Assembly: GCA_951406725.2 (NCBI GenBank)
Contig: OX597814.1
Location: forward strand, 37,138,001-37,202,000
Direction of reading: 5' to 3'
DNA: 64,000 nt
Source of the DNA: Octopus vulgaris
Lineage: Eukaryota
Under the pieces are notes generated by a model. It made no database searches, was not told the origin of the DNA, and worked only from the letters and a program-made list of their open reading frames with translations. Position numbers and translations under genes: made by a program. Position 1 is the first letter of the stretch. Each line of letters opens with the position of its first letter. This document shows positions 53,281-64,000 of the stretch, piece after piece.

Positions 53281-54894
53281 TTAATAAGTGCAGTTGAAAT
53301 TGATACATGAAAGATTTCCAGCATTACTCCTTCATAGTCAGAAAATGTTCAGTGCCGAAGTCTTGTATGTATATATTTGGCTTTCTGATTAAAATATCAC
53401 ACAAATGATAGTAGAATGTTTTTGAAGAAGCAGGATCTTAATTTAGAAAAAAGTCCAAATTTGGAGCAAGACAGAAAAACATACAAATATTTAATGGAGC
53501 GCCCCGTACTATAAAATTATAAGAGAAAAGTAATATGAATAATGTTGCAAACACCACACGCAAATGACACAACAAGCGCAATAATATTCTATGACAGTTC
53601 ACTAATATTATATCACGTAGTACATAAGGCATGTTACTCTCACAAAATAAAATCCTCATTTAACACAGGTTTTACAGAAAATAAGGGCATACTAATATGA
53701 GAACATCAGTGAGCAGAACAATAAACAACAAGTCAATAGATCTGAAATTGGTTGTGGCGTGGATATCATTGCATATAACCTACATATATAAAATCGAAGC
53801 AACAATAAACGACGACGTGATGGTATTTTTTTTAAACTGACTCAAAGCTTTGTAATTGATTGAATTTCTCACACTACAAGAGAGATGCTTCAAAAGCCAA
53901 TATGGATAAAATATCAGCTATTGATCAACAAATCCATAAAAAGATAGTGTAAATGAAAGAAGGCACTAAAAGCTATACGAATTAATTACTATATATTTCA
54001 GAATGCTGTCCAATCGGGCATTCTGCAAATTTTATTTATGTGTAAGGCAAAACAAATATCAAGGTGGTGCATCACAAAACATGCATTCGGCAAATAGCAA
54101 ATGTTTTCTTTTTCATCTACAAATAAAATAAACAGAACTATCAAAGAAAACATCTCTCAACTGCACACCACAGAAGCCAAGAGCTGATTATCTCACAATC
54201 CTTTATCAGTCTGCCATTAACACGTTATATTAAACGAATATGCTAAATCAAACCTCAATAGTTACATGCGGTTTGCTATGTTAAAAATGTTTGCAAACAC
54301 TATTAGACACAAAACACATAAACAATAAAATAACTAACGTAAAATTCGTTTCACAAATAATGCGCCACAGCAACATTGAAGATAGGAAAATTAAATATAA
54401 AGATGAAATATTAGATTTTTAAAATGGCTTAATAAATGGAAACGAATATTTACAAATGAAGTTAGAACTAAACAAAAATTCGCGCAAAAATAAAAGAACG
54501 TTTACGAAAATATGTTTTATATGCATTAAGCTAATATTAGTTATCTGAATGCATGAGAAATGGTATATCTCTCACTGGGTTTTCAATAAAATATAAACAG
54601 TTTCAATTATTTTTTCCTCCAAGCTAAATATATTAGAAAAACTTTTTAAAAAGCTGTCAGAATTTTGCCGCGTGGGGAGTGTCACAAAATTACCGGCCAC
54701 ACTAAGCCACAAACACAGATTTGGAAAACAAAAGACATACACTTATGGAGTAGCCAAGAATAGCTTTAGCAATAAAAAACTATCCCTTCCTCAGTAATAA
54801 TAATTATAATTTCATATATTGATACAATGTGGATAATATTTTATATTATCGAATTGCAGATGTAAAAGGTGAAGTCTAACAGGGTGACATTTGA

Positions 54895-58260
<3,366 letters not shown>

Positions 58261-58559
58261 AATAATATTAATAATAATAAGGAAGAATTTCGGGCTAAAT
58301 AACTACATGGGCGTACACTAAAAGGCTCTCTCCACAAAACAAACTTAATCCAATAACATCAGCGTAATGGAAGGAAAACATCGCGGTACAACTGTGGTAG
58401 AAAACCTGCGTGCTATATATCTGCGTACTTCGTTGCCTACTAAGGCTCTAAAGGAAATGTATGTTTGTACAGTGAGGTTATTGTTTGGTTTTACGTGGAT
58501 TGCGCAGAAAGCTCTCAACACATCTCCATAATCCATGTTATGCGTTTTGTTTTAGGTGA

Positions 58560-59800
58560 TCTAGTTGATGGCGTCACTACATGTCTTCGGTAGGGTTATC
58601 CTGGTTCTGGTTACCTAATAGATCGTTTTTTTTTTATTCCTAGAGTTTGTTCCAGCAGCTCATTTTTCGATTAAACTTGTTTCTGTTTTGATACATAAAT
58701 TTTCATAGTATTCATATATCTTTCTTTAAAATGATTACTGATATATTGTCTCTTCAATTTCTCAATGTCTGCTTTCTGGCTGCCTCTATTTAATGTTTCC
58801 TCGTCTCTTTCTGCAGCTGGAATCTGAGTGCGATCTTGAAGCAAATGCCATGATATATATATTCTTTGTCGTTCTCGATTTCGCTTTTGTTTTCCCGAAT
58901 ATCTTCTTAGTCCCAGTGTTTGATTTTAATTTGTTCTCCATATCTTTTGCTGACCTATTTTTCCAGATGTTTGTACATATTTTGTCCATTACACCATAGT
59001 CTCCTCTGCTAATTAAATCTCCGCAATGACAAATGCGTTTTGTATAGAATCTATCAAAATCTTGTTTCTGAATATTACACATCACCTTCAAATTTCTCAT
59101 TTCCATATCAATATCTAGTTGTTCACAGATAACGACAGCTGCACTGTCTGCGAAGATTACCACATCACGTTAATTGATACATGTTATATTTTTGTTGTTC
59201 CGAAAAAGTGTTAACATTTTCTTGTTTTATCTATTCATTTACCGTATATCATTTATTGTTTTGTCTTTTAAGATACTAACTTTCAGCTCTCTTAATTTCG
59301 TTATTCTTTTCATTTCTTCTTTATGCTTTCGAAGTTTTAGTCTGAATTCACTCTTCCCCCATCACAGATGATTTGCCATATTTCGTGGTAGAGAGATATA
59401 TATTTACTAACGTCGAATTCTATTCTTATGTCCTCACTTCATATTCATAGGTATTTTGCCTCTACCTCAAATTAAGTTTCGTTCTTAATAATATAAGGGG
59501 CCGATATATTTCCCCACCCTTTAGCTATTGATATTTTTCCTTAACATTTCCTAAACTCTGCAATATAGTTTTCTCCATACTGATGTTTACATACTTCAAC
59601 ATGAGTTCCGTGTTACACCATTCCATGCTTTCATCCTCTTTCGAATATCCTCAACTACTTGATGATCTAAGTGCATGCAGTAACATATCAAAAGCTATTA
59701 ATATAACAGCTTTTGATCTGATTCTCCTTACACTGGTTCATATGGGTGTGCAGAGCTTTCTTTGGGTGTTGTAGAATATGCAAAATATCATGAATGAGCT
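58560..59800 (-). mobile_element. Very old non-LTR RT relic
   Basis: Weak minus-strand motifs AVILIAFD..H and VIFADS; heavily decayed. Confidence 0.35.
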
Positions 59801-60574
59801 TTATATGTATAACATCAGCTGTAATATGTGTTTTAGTGTTTGCTTGGGATTGTGATGATATTTTTTTAATTAAGATATCAACTATTAATTATGTAAGAAT
59901 TATTCGTCATTTTCTGAGTTCTTATAATTTTATACAGTATATATCGTGCGGATTTTGGTAAGTTCTATAGTGATTCGTGTTCTAAAATAGTGAGCTGTTA
60001 GGTGAGATTTGAAATAGTATAATATTCAGTGAGGTACTTGTAGTTTGTGGTTTCTAGCGAATGTGCTGAAATGTGTCGGAATAATGACGACGATAAAGAT
60101 AGGGAGAAGATGAAAGAGAAGAAAATATAAAGAAGAAAAGTAACATACGAAATATAAGATTATGAGGACTAAGAAATAGAAGTAGAATATAAGAAAATAA
60201 AATGAAAAACTAAGGAAAAGGAAGAAATAGTAATAGGCTATGAAAAAGAAAAACAAAAAATTGATTTTCTCAACAACGGCAATACAATTTACTATGTGCT
60301 ATTAGGTATGTTGTTTAAATATATCGTATTTCTACTAGCCGTATATAATGTAGAAGATATAGTGCCATCACTGTTCAGATATAGCATTGAGTTTCGATTA
60401 ACATTCTTGGATAAAAAATAATACTTCAAAAGTCTGCAGAAATTCAGAAGCTAATTATGTAAGTACAATGGAACCACTGCTAAAATTGGGTATTTTGTAA
60501 TGAAAATAAATGTACCATAAATATTAAGATAATTGCCCATGAAATCATGGAAGGGATTATTTTTTTACTTTCAG

Positions 60575-60624
60575 ACATAAACGGCTTCATGCACTTAAAC
60601 ATGTTTCCAAGTCAGTAGGTGAAG
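60575..60624 (+). CDS. Candidate penultimate exon (phase 2 to 1): HKRLHALKHVSKSVGE
   Basis: Strong acceptor ttttttactttcag| and donor AAG|gtaata; only one frame is open. Confidence 0.68.
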
Positions 60625-60850
60625 GTAATATCAGTATTGACCCGAGGTTAATCTTTATAATTATGTAGATGTAAACTAAATATACGTTTATGAATTTGCG
60701 TTGCAAGCTACCTGATGTAACGTCATGTGTTGAAACAGATAGTATTGTATTTCGGGACGGTCGGTTTTTTGGCCAAATAGACACATGCACTATATATTTG
60801 TTGTTCACTCGTTGATTACTGTACTTATTCAAATTCATGTCCTTTGTCAG

Positions 60851-60957
60851 GAGTGGAAGAAGAAGAGCGAAAGTACACACGAATACGGAAAGTGTCACTG
60901 AGGAGGTCACAGATGTGTGACGAAAGATTTACAGACAATGGATATGAGTTAGAATAA
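60851..60957 (+). CDS. Candidate terminal coding exon: GVEEEERKYTRIRKVSLRRSQMCDERFTDNGYELE*
   Basis: Acceptor tcctttgtcag|; phase 1 matches the upstream exon across a 226-bp intron; TAA at 60955-60957. Confidence 0.65.
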
Positions 60958-62632
60958 GAACAGGAATGTACGAGTGAAGAACGAATATATAGTGCGTATG
61001 TTTATTCTGAAAAAAAAAACTACCATCCCGAAGTGCAACAAAACTAAATATAGTCATCTAGAAACAGATATTTAAATTCTGATACACTAATTGATGAAAT
61101 ATAAACAGTATTGCATGGACAAGACCATTTGGTGAGCATAATTATATCTGATTATGGAACAATATATTACAGCATAAGGAAGTTATCCCTGCGTAAAGCA
61201 TACATCCATCCATATATACACATAAAGATATACATAGCTACTCACACGTGTACGCACGCATACTTATGTAATGCATAAAGGTAGCTGTATGAAAAATTGA
61301 AGTATAAACCTGTTCTCAGATGTATTAAGTATTTGCAATAAGTCTTTGTGACAGAGGTAAAGTTAAATGTGCAGAGCTACTTTTTATGAGGAATCTTTAC
61401 TAAAACACTTCTGCTTCAAGATATTTCCCCTACCCCATATTGTTAAAGAAGGGTAAATTAAATATATGGTTACGTTAATGACAAAATGGATGCTGCAAAG
61501 TATGAGCTGAGAGCCATGGAAACATGAGGAATATAATTTTATATATGTACCGAGCATCTTTACGTATCAAAACTTGTAGATGTGTTTGTATCATCTCAAA
61601 ATGTACGAAAATCTTAGTCACTTTTCAGTTTCTTGATGTACTGTAAAGTGGTCCAATTACTCACGCCATGTCAACTCTCGTATTTCCAGCTGTTATGCAT
61701 TAGAGGATTAGTGAAGCATCAGATAACTTCATTACACATCTTACCTCTGTCAAGTTTAGTCTTCCTATTACTGCATTTCCAGCCTGAGCTTTCCATTCAA
61801 GAACTTCTTTTTCATATTATTCCCTCTCTCATTCTGAATATATTTTTCAGGTGGAATATTCTTATTACCCTCTGCAATTGTCTTTTTTTTTTTTTGCTGT
61901 CCTGTTTTTTGAAGAATGTTCATATTGTTAAAATAAGTCTGAATACGAAACTTTCATGTTACTGCTTAAGCGTATTTAATGGATAATACTCAATCTTATC
62001 TCATAACCTTTGGAGAATTTTCATATATCCGAGCTGTAAGTGTAGTGTTAGGCAGTGAAGATGGTTAACAAGCTAGTCTATAAAATGCTAAATTCGTTTT
62101 CCAATTTGCATTTATAAACCGCGACAGTCCTTTTCCTAGGCATACATTGTACTGCTCAAGAAATTGACATAACGAACCATCTTTAAAACTGACACATCAG
62201 AAATTTTATATTAAAATTGGAGTACTTTCTGGAATGTATTATGTATTAAAAACTTATTTAACAGAAAAAAAAGAAACATTAGCACTTTGTAGTAAAAATA
62301 CATTGCAGCAGTATTACTTCTTTCTTTTACGATACTTTAATCGCATTGAGTTTCACATTGCATCATTGAATTGCACATGTAAGCCGCACATTTTGTACAT
62401 GTATTATAATACCACAAATCTTGTACATGTCAGTGTACTGTGCTGTGCAATTACTGGCCTTTACTGCTTTTAACTTTCCATATTGTGCTAAGTTTCATCT
62501 AATAACAACTGCACGTAATGTAACTTAAAATACGTCATATCTCTTTTGAGCGCAAAAACCTAAATCAAACGTTGCATGTTTATATAACTTGAAAGGGATG
62601 GTATAATTTATTTCATGTTTTGAATGATAATA

Positions 62633-62865
62633 ACTATTTATTTACTACACACAAGGGGCTAAACACAAAGGGGACAAACAACGACAGACAAACGGATCAA
62701 GTCGATTACATCGACCCCAGTGCGAAACTAGTACTTAATTTATCGACCCCGAAAGAATGAAAGGCAAAGTCGACCTCGGCGGAATTTGAACTCAGAACGT
62801 AACGGCAGACGAAATACGGCTACGCATTTCGCCCGGCGTGCTAACGTGTCTGCCAGCTCGCCGCC
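62633..62865 (-). mobile_element. Nin/Deu-type tRNA-derived SINE with TSD
   Basis: B box GAGTTCAAATTCC and Nin-like domain. TSD tttgaatg(a/c)taata at 62619-62632 and 62866-62879. Confidence 0.88.
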
Positions 62866-63097
62866 TTTGAATGCTAATACCGTCTTATCATTCCCACATC
62901 TATTATCAGACTAACATATTTGAAAAAAATGTATCACCCAGGAATAAATTCAATTCCAATCCTTTGATATGGCTATCGTAAATGCTCTCCAAACGTGCTC
63001 ACTGTGGCATATCTTTATTCACATGAGTAGTTGATTTTTAAAAAATGCCAAGATATCCCGCAATTGACAAAAGCAAGATTATTATTCTTAAAAATAT

Positions 63098-63465
63098 CCC
63101 TTTCTTCTCTAGGCACAAAGCCCGAAATGTTTGGGGAGGGGGCCAGTCGATTAGATCGACCCCAGTACTCAAATGGTATTTAATTCATCGACCCCGAAAG
63201 GATAAAATGCAAAGTCAGAACGTAAATACAGACGAAATACCTATTTCTTTACTGCCCACAAGGGGCTATACAGAAGGGACAAACAAGGAGAGGCAAACGG
63301 ATTAAGTCGATTATATCGATCCCAGTGCATAACTTAATTTATCGATCCCGAAAGGATGAAAGGCAGAGTCGACCTCGGTGAAATTTGAATTCAGAACGTA
63401 GCGGCAGACGAAACACTGCTAAGCATTTCGCCTGGCATGCTAACGTTTCTGCCAGCTCGCCGCCT
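63098..63465 (-). mobile_element. Dimeric/extended Nin/Deu-type SINE with 16-bp TSD
   Basis: Full monomer (63245-63465) plus a second partial unit (63098-63245). TSD ttattcttaaaaatat at 63082-63097 and 63466-63481. Confidence 0.85.
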
Positions 63466-63766
63466 TTATTCTTAAAAATATTAAAATGATGATGTACACG
63501 AATTTGAAGTTTCATATAGTATTTAATTTTGATGAAAATAATATTAACGATGAAATAAGGAAAATATATTTTTCCTCATTATAATAAAGTTACATTTTCA
63601 CTATTGATTTTAACTCATCTAAAACAAAAGCTCCAAATGACACATATCCGCATATGTCCATTGATAGATTGACAGGTAGATAGATAGATAGGCAGATAGA
63701 TATCAAACAAATAAATAGAGTGAGAGAGAGAGAGAGAGAGAGATACATACATTATATATATATATA

Positions 63767-64000
63767 TCACCATCATCACGTGACCGACCAGACCATCAGA
63801 TGTTGTTACACATCGCTGGTCACAATGCGTTCGTATTGTTTTAGCCTTTGAATGACGCCAACCCGCTGGTTAAGTGAGCAGGCCAACAGAAGAAAGAGTG
63901 GTGAAAGAGTACAGCAGGAACCACCACCCCCTGCCGGAGCCTCGTGGAACTTTTAAGTGTTTTCGCTCAATAAACACACACAACGCCCGATCTGGGAATC
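63767..64000 (-). mobile_element. Third SINE-like family, head cut by the window edge
   Basis: Minus strand starts GATTCCC (end of a B-box-like motif) and ends in a (GAT)-type tail next to (TA)n. Confidence 0.55.

Noticed and set aside
54002-54041. 40-nt segment with good acceptor and donor
   Set aside because: Including it between 51163 and 60575 would shift the frame.
61570-62100. Possible very old minus-strand RLE-LINE RT relic
   Set aside because: Motifs are too degraded to support a call by eye.

Overview
Eukaryotic, very AT-rich, microsatellite-dense DNA. The repeat content (tRNA-derived CORE- and Nin/Deu-type SINEs, RLE-type LINEs in AAT tracts, Penelope and Tc1/mariner relics) is what I associate with an octopod cephalopod; that assignment is an inference. 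Almost all long ORFs in the supplied track are microsatellite artefacts or transposon fragments. Reading splice signals directly, I find five small phase-compatible + strand exons (12-78, 8301-8347, 51070-51163, 60575-60624, 60851-60957). They splice into one open frame that ends in a stop codon, so most of the window is probably intron at the 3' end of an unidentified host gene. The introns contain: (1) an AAT-microsatellite-targeted retroelement system, with two R4/Dong-like RLE LINE families, stacked truncated copies and a fixed-length ~557-bp non-coding passenger element, one copy of which split a Penelope endonuclease and appears to have seeded a microsatellite; (2) a hammerhead-ribozyme motif downstream of that Penelope relic; (3) five long palindromic/foldback elements, one a near-perfect 474-bp hairpin; (4) CORE-SINEs whose 3' tail resembles the 3' ends of local CR1-like LINEs; (5) Tc1, mariner, Tx1/L1 and LTR relics. 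No rRNA, intact tRNA or CRISPR array is supported. All calls were made by eye, with no database search.
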